Part shown: positions 24,501 to 34,537 of the stretch, in pieces
Layout of the letters: each line of letters opens with the position of its first letter
How positions within the stretch are numbered: position 1 is the stretch's first letter
Source: Choristocarpus tenellus KU-1152
Lineage: Eukaryota; Protista; Phaeophyceae
Assembly (NCBI GenBank): GCA_964200185.2
Contig: CAXNAD020000053.1
Location: forward strand, 1-34,537
Length of the DNA stretch: 34,537 nt
Direction: 5' to 3'
Made by a program: the position numbers and the translations under genes
Notes under the pieces: generated by a model
Databases searched by the model: none
What the model was told of the DNA's origin: nothing
The model's input: only the letters and a program-made list of their open reading frames with translations

Positions 24501-27382
24501 TGTTACTGGCGGGAAGGGGTTGTGCCAACAGTGGCACCATCCATGGATATCTGTGTCTCGTCCAACTTTGAGAGGTTCTTGTTCCATCTCTGTGGTGACA
24601 ATGCTTCAACTCTCCAGGAATGGATGAAGAATTTCGAGCTTACAGGTTCTGTGTGATGCATACAGTGTATGTTTTCTTGGGTAGGGTAGATCTGTCATTT
24701 TTTTGCAGTTGTTTGGGTAGGTTCTCTTCTGTTCCTGTTTGCAACCAATAGTCATCTCAGCTAATTGAGACTAGCAATCACAAATATGGCTAATATTATT
24801 GTAATGAATATGAAGCATTGCCAATAGTGTTTACACCAGATAAAAAGCATTCAGCAGTTTCCTTTGATTATTGCGAACAAGACAGTAGTTACATTAAGAT
24901 GTTTTTTGGCATCTATCATCTCCCTACAAACTAGAATTATTTCGAGACAGATTCTGCCATCCAAGTCTGGACACACACAATTTACAATATTGAAAACACA
25001 ATGCATGCTGATCTTCGAGTTATGACCCTCATCCCTGACCTTACCGTGTACAGGGAAGTTGACCCTGGAGGGTCCCCTCCTGGAGAAAGCACAAGAGGTG
25101 TTTTTGTCAGCACGTGTTGACACTGCCGAGAACCTTGCGATGATTCGCAGTCAGTGGGAGGAGCACAGGTACCTATTGTGCCCTCACACCTCTGTGGGTG
25201 CTGCTGCTGCTGTCAAGCTGGAACTAACCCCAGACCGTACAGTGGTGTTGGCCACAGCTCATGCGGCAAAGTTTGTTGATGCTGTGACCAAGGTGAGATT
25301 AAAACATGGTTGCCTGTAGCTCCAGTGAGATATGTTTTTCTTAGGCATTCCAGGCTGACATTTCTCAATGCTAGCATTTTTGTATATGAAATTAATCTAT
25401 GAATACAATCTATGCATATGTAAGAGTAGATACTATTGAGACTTTAAATTTATTTATGTAGCAGCGAGAGAGTGGAATTTCGAGATAGAAACAAGACTAC
25501 GTTCCTAACTATTGTCAAGCCTTCTACTGTCGATAAATAAAATAATCATATCCATACTAAAGTAGTGTATGCTTCATGTTATGTTGTAACCATGGTATAT
25601 TGGGGGGGAATTATGTACCAGTTACAGGTATCCTCATATCTGTGAAACAACCCCAAGAAGAATTCATTTGGGGCACATCAAAACTGTGTGCTGGAGGCAA
25701 TTAGCATAGATACCCTGTGCTATCATTGAAACAGCATGCTCATTTCAGACCCATGCCATGCATTTACATAGTAGCTTGGAGCTTTTCAGTTTTGTGTTCA
25801 GCAAATATAATGCCAACACACTAAATCTATGGTGAATGAGGAAGGACTCACTGTAAAAGAAGCTTGAAGAAAAAATAAAAGGTTCAATTCACAGTTATGA
25901 GTATCAATCTATTCATTGCACCCTCTGCTGACCTGGTAATTAAATTAGTTGGAGAAGTTACGTACAGTGGTTGATGTGCCATCGATTTGGTCAAGGTACA
26001 TAAATTTCCATATCAATAACCAGGAGTGAAGGGGGATACTGTGTGTTACATATGCAAGAATCATCACTATGCTGTGGCCAATTGTCCTTGGATGTTAAAC
26101 ACAAGATGGGTGGGGCTATCTCTTGGTGGGTAAGGCATATGGGCTCTGAGACTGGGTCACAGAGAAGAAATGATTTTTCTCTTTGTAGTGTACTTGATGT
26201 ACACTTTTAATTTTTCATTACTTCCTACTAGTGAACTGGGTTTCTATTGGCAGTCCAAAAATGCTGATCAGTGTATGCTACCAATAACTGACCTACATTT
26301 GTTTTTCTGCTTTAGAACCTTTCCCTTTTTTGCGCTTTGTTGAGATATTGTTTGGTAAAAGCTATTATCAGAATGTTGGGTTGTATTCTTGCTTTTTTGT
26401 TTTTGGAGTATTCTTATTGGTGGAGTAATTTGTTTGGAAAGACGTGACTGCGATGATACTCACTGGGTGCATGGTAGGAATGGAAGTTTAATGCCCCAAA
26501 CTTTCTGTCTTTGTGGTAACTGTTATCACTGAGCCGTCAATTGTAGGTACACCTCAACATCTCCCCTCGACAAGAGTTGCAACCCAGTCCCTGAACTGTT
26601 GCACTTGTACAGAGGACATCACAAACTTTTCACTGTAAAGTGTTCCATGTGGATAGATCTGTTACAGCATCATAGCGTTTAGTGCTTCACTACTTCAGAA
26701 GTACCCCAACCATCATTCCATGTGGATTGTATGTGGATGTTGCCTGTTCACATCAGACAAGCAGGTTCTCCAAAAAGTAACACCAAAGAGTAGACGTGTA
26801 TACAAATTTGGTGTGATGGCCATAGGAATTTTTGCTAAAGCGATAGTGTTGCCAGGGTTGTTGCCAATATTTTGTCTTGTAACTGTAAACCTATCCCTGT
26901 GATCAATGTATTCCACTACCAGGACCAATAGGTAAATGATATTTTGTTTTATGTGAAATGTGTGTGACATTTTCCAACAAATCCTCCTGATCAGGTTTTG
27001 GATTCCCCACCACCAGCTCCAGAAGCTTTGCAGGAATTGTGGGGTCTCGCCACACGATCAACAGTTCTACCAAACAGTGCAGAAGAGGTTAGTTAAACAC
27101 AGATTGAAGTGGATGTGTAACTAGATATGCAAAGTTATAGCTATGTCATCGCCAAATTTCTGGACATTCCTATTCCTAACTGTACCCTCAACTACTAGCA
27201 TGAGGTTCTCAGTCTCACACACTAGAATTTTTTTTTTTTCCCCATATCACACGTTGTGAAAGAAAAGTACAAAAGATCCCTCAAATTGTCTGCATTGTCT
27301 TCTGAAGTCTAAACAAAGCTGCCTGATGCACAACCTCTTCCTACGTCAGGTGAAGACCTTTATTCTGAAAACACTGGGCTGA
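21525..27382 (+). CDS. thrC: Threonine synthase (PLP-dependent, fungal THR4 / proteobacterial ThrC type), 11 exons, 478 aa
   Basis: Exons 21525-21668, 21774-21900, 22044-22132, 22556-22652, 22787-22985, 23255-23342, 23772-23938, 24485-24645, 25054-25292, 26995-27087, 27350-27382(TGA). All introns are GT-AG and phase-consistent; total 1437 nt. Motifs: YCSTRG, GLANDRGLYVP, LELFHGPTFAFKDVALQ (PLP lysine at 22115-22117), GATSGDTGSAA, ERQMTT, FDDCQDIVK, AVNSINWARVLAQITYY, FSVPTGNFGD, ATNENDIL, PSMDICVSSNFER, PHTSVG, LATAHAAKF. Confidence 0.96.
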
Positions 27383-28259
27383 TCTGTGATCCATCTCAGG
27401 ACCTTTCTGATGGTCAAGAGGAATGATAGATTGGTGGCATGGAAATTCTACTCTCTGCAATTTTTCTTTCTCAACATAAAATTGGCAATGTTGTTTGGGT
27501 TCCAATCCAAGTTCATTAAAAATTGTGATTGCTCAGACATTTCACATCAAGAATAACCAATGCACTCTACTGGTTTGATTCTTGAGGACATGAAGATCAA
27601 ACACTAAATGACCATTTTGTTGTGCCTGTATAGTGTGGAAAATTTAGGGCCCAAGAATTTGTGGAGTTTAAAAAGGATCCAGCATCCACACACTATAACA
27701 GGGTCCTGTGGTGTCCATTATGTTTTTGCAGTAGCGGGCCTAGGTTCTTCCTCTGAGAGACAAAGAGTAAGCCATGTGTTCTGGTTAAAATTTACGTAAA
27801 CTTGATACCATAGAGTGTAGAGATGGTGACAAAGGGTGTGACCTTTTCTTGGAAACTTGCACCTGTACCATTAAATGATTAAAGATATGTTCACCAGACA
27901 ACATCTTCCAGGGAGAGAGTTTTAGTGAAATGCAAGTCAGAACCTTGAGTCATCCCATTCATACTTGAAGTTGGCTATGCTCACCCATTATGGTATGATC
28001 CATGTATGCCTTTTTATGTGTGAGGAGGATTGTGCTCCAGAGTAGGTAATTGTATACCAAGTTTGGGAGTATTGCGGGGGATGTTTACTTTCTCTCTCAT
28101 GAATTAATTTTCATGTTAAAATTTCAAATAATTGCATGATTCATAGGTTTTCGAACAATCCTGATAAATAATTGGGTGATCCCTTGCAATTTAATTTGTC
28201 TTGTCAAAATGATCCTGATGTATGGTGCTTCACAAAGTATTGACCCTTGTGTCTATATT

Positions 28260-29200
28260 GAACATTCGACAAAACCAAAACATTTTTTTCAGTGTTAGAA
28301 CAGAATAGGGCTGGAAGTTTACCTGCGGTCCTTTCTGATTGAAATCAATGCCAGTCCTGGACTGGCCCTCCTGTCACATCCCACCAGGGTGGGTGATTCT
28401 GTGGCTTGGTCCCTTCATATTCAAATTGCCTCACAAAAGGTTGTGCGAAGGTATACCCTTGACAACTATGGAGTAGTATGGCCAATCCAAGACAAATTTT
28501 AATCGGACTGGACAAATGGCTGGCGTCAAAGAGATCTTCTGAGATACAGTTTGTGAAATTTTCTACAATACTTTTAATTGATTCTCTGGCATTCTGAGTT
28601 GTTTGAATCATTCCAATCCCCTGAGATGTATCTGTGCTCAGTCTGATCTGGTCTCTTTCTACTAGGAAGTTTGTTTGAGAGTAACATTTTAAATTTTTCC
28701 CCAGAGTTCCTGTTGGTTGATATGTGTCCGCTGATTTTGAGTTTCTTAAAACTTTTCTGCTTCTTCTATGTTCCTTCTGTTGTAACTTTGAAAGAATTCA
28801 ACTTCCAACAATCTACTTGCTGTATGCTATACTCTCTTAGATCTGCCATTGCTAATTGGGTTGGTCACCCCTAATCTCCCTGAAAGTAACATATTTTCAT
28901 TTGGCTCCAGTCCACATGCTTCGGCAACCGTTTGGCGAGGTAAGATGACATGCTCTCTCTTACGCACTTTGACTTTGTTTCCGCCCCCATAATCCAGGAG
29001 TGGACTGGTTATTGTAAGCTCTCATCACAAGTCATGAGCACAGTGAATATCTTCACAGAAAAAATATCCCTACCCTTGCTTCTTGCCAGACCTAGGTATC
29101 ATTGTGACCTTCACCAAGTTCCGTCACCTCACATACTACAACACGTAAAGACAGTGATGGAATGTGTGAGTGGTCTACCATCATCAATCACTTACATCTC
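28260..29200 (-). mobile_element. Decayed transposase C-terminal region, Plavaka-like
   Basis: Minus-strand frame VKIFTVLMTCDESLQ*PVHS...DWSQMKICY...ADLREYSIQQVD...FKVTTEGT*KKQKSF (29071-28748). After a frameshift: SCQGYTF...NHPPWWDVTGGPVQDWH*FQSERTAGKLPALFC. Motif order resembles stramenopile Plavaka transposases as I recall them. Confidence 0.45.
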
Positions 29201-29796
29201 CTACGGTCCAAAATTCCATATGCTCCCACAGAGCACAAGTCCTACAATAATTTTTTACTCTGCACTCCTAAACATACATGTTACTTTGATTGTGGTATGC
29301 TTCAACCTGGAATGTGGAGGTAAGGCCTTACTCTTGTCATGATTGCAACTGTATGGTATGTTTTTAGGAGACACATGAGGTTTTGGTGGGGTGGGAGAAG
29401 AATACACGGAACTCATGTACATAAGTTGTGATCTGTTCTATTACAGAGGGAAGTACTAAGAAAGTTTCTGTCACTTTCTAGGTACATTTTTAATTTTAAT
29501 TTCTTACAGAAGTTTGTTCAATTGGTCGTGTCTAATTGCAATTATTTCAATTCACACATCGTGTTTACTTGTGATGATATAATTGGGTTGATGCCTGTGA
29601 TTTCAGCTTAAGTCGGTGTATCACTTGGCCTATCTCTAAATATTCAGCTGTTAGTGTCCACATAAATATCAGGGGCATTTATGAAATCAAGATCTCGCCT
29701 CTGACAAAGGTGAGGAAAACATGTGTTTGCATGTTCCTGGCTAAAGGTTTTTTTTAAGAAGATGCAAAGGGGAGAATGATTGCCCAAGTGATAGGT

Positions 29797-30180
29797 CAGA
29801 TATGCTGGTGTGGACAGTGACATGACCCTAACTGGGATGATTGGATTGAGTGTGGATGGAAACCAGCTGAGTGTGACAAGCTGGCTCGCCATCCATTCCC
29901 AGAGGGAGATGACAAAATACATCAAGACAGAACATATTAGAGGGAAGAAGTATTCAACTTAGCAAATGTTCTGGATAAGCTGAAAGATACAGACAAGTTT
30001 GCGAGACAATTGGATGCTGCTGAGGTGGGAGTAGAGATTTTGCAAGAGGATTATGAGGTGGAACCCATGGTGAAAGATGGTAACAATGACAATATGAACG
30101 CTGATGAATCAGAGTCTGACGTTAATAATTCGTATCAAAGACATCCCAGCAATATTCGGAGCACTCCAAGTACACTTTAA
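29797..30180 (+). pseudogene. Decayed ORF with PHD-finger-like N-terminal half and acidic tail
   Basis: One frame: QICWCGQ*HDPNWDDWIECGWKPAECDK...*REEVFNLANVLDKLKDTDKFARQLDAAEVGVEILQEDYEVE...; two internal stops. Confidence 0.3.
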
Positions 30181-30775
30181 GTACTTCAACATTTATTTCT
30201 TGAAATGTTCTGCACTACCAACCAAAACGTTTGAGCCACCAAAAACGTATATGAGTCTTGTGTATATCTGCATTCCAACAACAATGATTTCACACCTTGA
30301 AGAGGTAACCAATCTTGTAAATATGAAAACAACAAAAATATTTAACAAAAAAACATAGGTGCTTCCCTGACAAAGATAATGCCCCTTACTGCACAATGTA
30401 TTGTGAATCGAATGTGCTAAGGTGTTGGTAGTCGCCTCGAGGACAGAATTTGTCCTGCTCTAGCTTTTGATCGCAGTGGAGTTTTTCATCGAAATAGAGC
30501 TTAGTGTAACCCTTGAATCACTCCTCATATTATTAGATAGGTTTGAGTTGGTGGTGCGATGGGCGAGAGGGCGATTTTCCTCACTAAAATCAAGTTACTT
30601 AGACATCAGTCCATCTGTCGTCCAATATATGGCTTGGAGAGCTGTTTCTTCTCTCCCAGGACAAGTTATTTCAAGGGAGAAGAAGAGTCGTGATCCTCCA
30701 TGTCTCATCTGTCTGTGTGCAACCCTAAACTCTTTATTGTTATTCTAGCTCCACTGTTTTATGCCTATAAGCTCA

Positions 30776-31127
30776 TCAGAAAGCACCCAGCCAGCCAGCC
30801 CTCATCATCGAGCTTGGCCAAGAAACTACGCTCTCCGTAGTAGTTGCAACCCCTCTTTGATTTCTTGTTCCACAGTGATTTGTCCACTCGATCAAGCGCA
30901 AGTCCCCCTCTCGACACATGGCAATCACCAGCGCGTACGCTCTGCCCAACCTCTTCCTTCGACTCATGTGAAACTCGAAGCCTGGAGGTAGAGACTGCAC
31001 CGCGATATCCAGCATGTCCTTTGACAGAGGGACTTCCGCAGCCAATGTGCTGAGTTCTGCGTAGACAATCTAAGTTGTGAGCTGCTTGTGAAGGTCAAGC
31101 TCTGAAAGCCTCTCACAGTATATTGTT
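30776..31127 (-). mobile_element. Decayed gag-like (Copia UBN2-type) fragment
   Basis: IYCERLSELDLHKQLTT*IVYAELSTLAAEVPLSKDMLDIAVQSLPPGFEFH resembles the Copia gag '...LPxxF/Y' helix region. Confidence 0.35.
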
Positions 31128-31646
31128 GGGACGGAGAGCTATTGGTGGAGTATGGGGATTCTGACGGGGGCACTGACTCGCAAACACGCAGGAGTGTCAC
31201 AGGTTATCTACTATTGTTCAACGGATCGCTGATCGCCTGGTGCTCCAAGCTTCAAGGCGCCGTCACCCTCTCCAGCTCGGAGGCAGAGTGGACGGCAATG
31301 GCATACGGCATGCACCACTGCATTTTCCTTCAAGGCATTCTGGGGGAGATCGGCGTACTGCAGGACCAGACTCTGGTTCTGTGACAACCGTGGTGCTATC
31401 CAGGCGGGCAGATTCACAGGTTTCAACGAGAGAACCAAGCACGCGGACATGAAGCTCAAGTGCGTGCACCAGAGAATACGTGGACCAGGGTCTGTTCCAC
31501 GTAGAATAAGTTCCAACATCAAAATAACTGGCCGACATTTTGACCAAGTCTTTATGCAAGAGCCTTACTTCTGATTTTGTGCATTCCGTGCTTTTGCATC
31601 GGGGGTGAGCTTTTGTCAGCAACTTTGCCTCACGCTCATGGGGGAG
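31128..31646 (+). mobile_element. Ty1/Copia fragment: RNase H domain and polypurine tract (defective)
   Basis: YGDSDGGTDSQTRRSVTGY, WCSKLQGAVTLSSSEAEW, CDNRGAIQ, RTKHADMK, LADILTK; pol stop at 31606-31608; PPT GGGGGAG at 31640-31646; frameshifts and stops present. Confidence 0.93.
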
Positions 31647-32003
31647 TGTGCAATACAGGCTGGTAGTCTATAGGTTTCTTATGTGTTTGGTAACCAGTAT
31701 TATGTAACAGAAATGTTGACTGAGTGGCTTGATTTTCATTTGTTTATGTAAACCCAGAGTAATAGGTTCGAATCTGTACAGGTTTTTGTATTGTTTACTG
31801 TAAGTGGTTGGCGCAGTACTACTGACGTAGCTATGACTGACGTAGGCACGACTGATGCAGAAAGATTGACGTAGTCTGATTGACACAGAACAAGTGACAT
31901 AGTGCGACTGACACAGAACGAGTGACGTAGTGTGACTGACACAGAACGAGTGACGTAGTGTGCCTGACACAGACACGTTCTGACTTGTCTGCTGATGTGC
32001 ACA
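31647..32003 (+). mobile_element. 3' LTR of the Copia fragment
   Basis: Begins TGTGCA immediately after the PPT. TGCACA at 31998-32003 gives a 6-bp terminal inverted repeat; an alternative end is CACA at 32033. The first 66 bp are shared with the minus-strand copy. Confidence 0.65.
31822..31977. repeat. Tandem array in LTR: three 15-bp units then four 28-bp units
   Basis: 28-mer consensus TGACGTAGTGTGACTGACACAGAACGAG starting at 31867, 31895, 31923 and 31951. Confidence 0.9.
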
Positions 32004-32089
32004 ATAGATAACGAGGCAGAGCACCCCCCCACATCGAGGGATGGTGCTCACTCTACTAAAATTCATTCTTACCACATCAAGCAAAAACT

Positions 32090-32348
32090 CTATTCGAACA
32101 GCTCTTTTTGGACAAGTTGGTCATAGGTGAGGTCCGGAGCTGTGGACAGTTGGCAAACACCCTTGGCATGCTGTCCCTGATGCCAATGATCAGAGCTCCC
32201 CCCCCTTCTTGGCGTGGTCCTCCTTGGTCACCTCCAGCTACTAATACTCCGTCCAGACGTGATCGAGACGAATGTCGAAGTCAGCAGCGTCCTCCACCGA
32301 TGAGCAGTACATGTCCTACAGCTTCATCTCGAGAGCTATGAGAGGCAT
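32090..32348 (-). mobile_element. Decayed Copia gag-like fragment
   Basis: LIALEMKL*DMYCSSVEDAADFDIRLDHVWTEY**LEVTKEDHAKKG/ALIIGIRDSMPRVFA/LSTAPDLTYDQLVQKE, with two frameshifts. Confidence 0.55.
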
Positions 32349-32422
32349 GTGCAAAATAAGACAATAGTGAGGTGTACGTTATTTTGTGTATATGAGATTA
32401 TTGTGTTGAATTGAGTCCATGT

Positions 32423-32432
32423 NNNNNNNNNN
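32423..32432. other. Assembly gap (10 N)
   Basis: Run of N. Confidence 1.
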
Positions 32433-32594
32433 ATTATGTATTGGTATTTATTCTGCATTCAACTACTTTGAAATAACCGTTGACTTAGGTAGGAAGCACA
32501 AATAATAATAAACAAGCAATGAGAAGACACCCCACAAAGTTCACTCTTTTAATTTCAACCATGTAATCACGTTCAGCAATAGGGACTGTGTCCC

Positions 32595-34350
32595 TTCTGT
32601 TACATAATATTGGTTACCAAACACATAAGAAACCTATAGACTACCAGCCTATATTGCACACTCCCCCATTAGCGTGCAGCAAAGTTCCTGACAAAAGCCC
32701 CTTGCACAAAGACTTGGTCAAAATGTCGGCCAGTTGTTTCGATGTTGGAACTTATTCTACGAGGAACAGACCCTGGTCCACGTGTTCTCTGGTGCACTTG
32801 AGCTTCATGTCCGCGTGCTTGGTTCTCTCGTTGAAACCCGTGATGCTGCCCGCCTGGATAGCACCATGGTTGTCACAGAACCAGGGAGTCTGGTCCTGCA
32901 GTACGCCGATCTCCCCCAGAATGCCTTGAAGGAAAATGCAGTGGCGCATGCCGTATGCCATGCCGCCCACTCTGCCTCCAAGCTGGACAGGGTGACAGTG
33001 CCTTGAAGCTTGGAGCACCAGGCGATTGGTGATCAGTTGAACAAATAGTATGTAACCCGTGACACTCCTGCGTGTTTGGGAATCGGTGCCCCAGTCGGAA
33101 CCCCCATATCCCACCAAAATCTCTCCGTCCCCTCCATTTATATTACTTGTCCCTCGACCATAGTAAAGGTGGACGTCCAGTGTCCCTGCTACGTAGCACA
33201 GAACGTGTTGCAGTCCGCGCCAGTGCCGCATGCATGGAGAGGCCGCCCTGTGATCGAGTTAACGAACGCTGTTGACCAGGTACGGGCCAGTCATGCCTGC
33301 TAGAAACATGAGTTGGTCGAGGATGCTGACGTAGGGGTAGATAGTGGGATTCAGTTCCTCCTCGTAGATGTGCCTGGCAGAGAGGTACATTCCGGGGTCC
33401 AGTGGTGTGGATGTTTCCCGCACTTCCGTGGAGCCTATCCCGACCATGACGATGCTTTCCGCGTATAGCTTTTGGTCCAGGGTGATGCCGTTCGAACCCT
33501 CAGTGATACCCACCCCAATCATCTTGTCTGGTATTTCAAGGTCCCGCCCCTCGTACTTCTCCAGCAGAGATGCCCTCATCCTCTCAATCTCCTCCGCGAA
33601 GTCCCCACTGGTGGCAGTGTCGTCCACGTAGGTTGTAAGAATGGTGATGCGTCCGTCTTCACTCTTCCTGAAATAAAGGCACTCGTCGTGTTGGCTGCTC
33701 GTCCACCCTTCTCCCAGGATGGTGCTGCTGCGTACCTCGTGATAACATTCATTCCATGGCTGAATGCTTCAGCCCATAGGTCGCCTTCTCTGCCTTGACG
33801 GTGCGGCCGTCACGAAGCTCCAGCCAGACGTCCTCCTGCAAGTCTGCGTTGAGGGAGGCCTGTGTGAAGTCCAGGGCGTCGATGCTCCAACCTCTGTAAG
33901 CTGCGACTGATATGACGCACCGTAGTGTGTCGTACCCCACCACCGGGCTGAAGGTTTCGAAAAAGTCCACACCTGCATTTTGTGTGAACCCGCGGGCCAC
34001 GAGTCGCGCCTTGTAGTGTTCCATCGTCCAGTCGGCGGAGCGCTTAATTTTGAAGACGAATCGCGTCTTGATCACCTTCCTCCCTTGGGGCAGGGGATTG
34101 TCACCAAACGTCCCCTTCTGCTATATATAGCCCTGTCATTTCCTTCTCGATGGCATCCTGCCACTGCTCTGCATCTGGCCCACTCAAGGCCTCCTTTGTT
34201 CTAGACGGCTCGTTTGCACCTGTTGTCACCTCCCCCATGAGAGATCCATAAGGCAGTACACGTCGTTGTTGTTCTGTTGTATGAGGGATGACACGAAGTG
34301 GTTCATGTCCGTTCCCTCATCCCCTTCTAAGTCGTACAGCTGGGATGTTT
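32595..34350 (-). mobile_element. Ty1/Copia fragment: reverse transcriptase, RNase H, PPT and start of 3' LTR (defective)
   Basis: KTRFVFKIKR, YKARLVARGFTQNAGVDFFETFSPV, YGLK, catalytic YVDD (33619-33630), TPLDPG, LMFLAGMT, SDWGTDSQTRRSVTGY, CDNHGAI, RTKHADMK, QLADILTK; several frameshifts and stops. Confidence 0.96.
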
Positions 34351-34358
34351 AGTCCATC

Positions 34359-34537
34359 CGCTCCGATGGAACACTACAAGGCGCGACTCGTGGCCCGCGG
34401 GTTCACACAAAGTGCAGGTGTGGACTTTTTCGAAACCTTCAGCCCGGTGGTGGGGTACGACACACTACGGTGCGTCATATCAGTCGCAGCTTACAGAGGT
34501 TGGAGCATCAACGCCCTGGACTTCACACAGGCCTCCC
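34359..34537 (+). mobile_element. Ty1/Copia RT fragment, inverted near-identical copy of 33853-34026, running off the window
   Basis: MEHYKARLVARGFTQSAGVDFFETFSPVVGYDTLRCVISVAAYRGWSINALDFTQAS; reverse complement of 33853-34026 with 2 mismatches by eye. Confidence 0.95.

Noticed and set aside
26441-26538. Possible intronic C/D snoRNA (CGATGA...CTGA with GACG/CGTC ends)
   Set aside because: Box C is non-consensus and no rRNA guide was recognisable.
31867-31977. CRISPR-like 28-bp repeat array
   Set aside because: Units are directly tandem with no unique spacers, there are no cas genes, and the context is a eukaryotic LTR.

Overview
Eukaryotic, intron-rich genomic DNA. A stramenopile alga, plausibly an early-diverging brown alga, is my inference from TTAGGG tracts, intron style and element types; it is not proven. 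I reconstructed two spliced + strand genes by hand. (1) A divergent RBBP5/Swd1-like WD40 COMPASS subunit, cut at its 5' end by the window (11 visible exons, 35..13103, two GC-AG introns). (2) A complete 11-exon, 478-aa threonine synthase of the fungal/proteobacterial type (21525..27382). Between and after them lie decayed mobile-element remains: gag-like relics, an IS630/Tc1-like transposase relic containing a MITE-like foldback, and a Plavaka-like transposase relic. The window ends in Ty1/Copia fragments in alternating +/-/+ orientation that form two long inverted repeats; one LTR carries a tandem array of TGACGT motifs. Most ORFs in the supplied track are exon fragments, microsatellite artefacts or antisense shadows. 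I found no clearly new biological system. The best leads are the TGACGT-array LTR, the inverted Copia cluster, the divergent RBBP5-like protein and a CpG gradient suggesting gene-body methylation.
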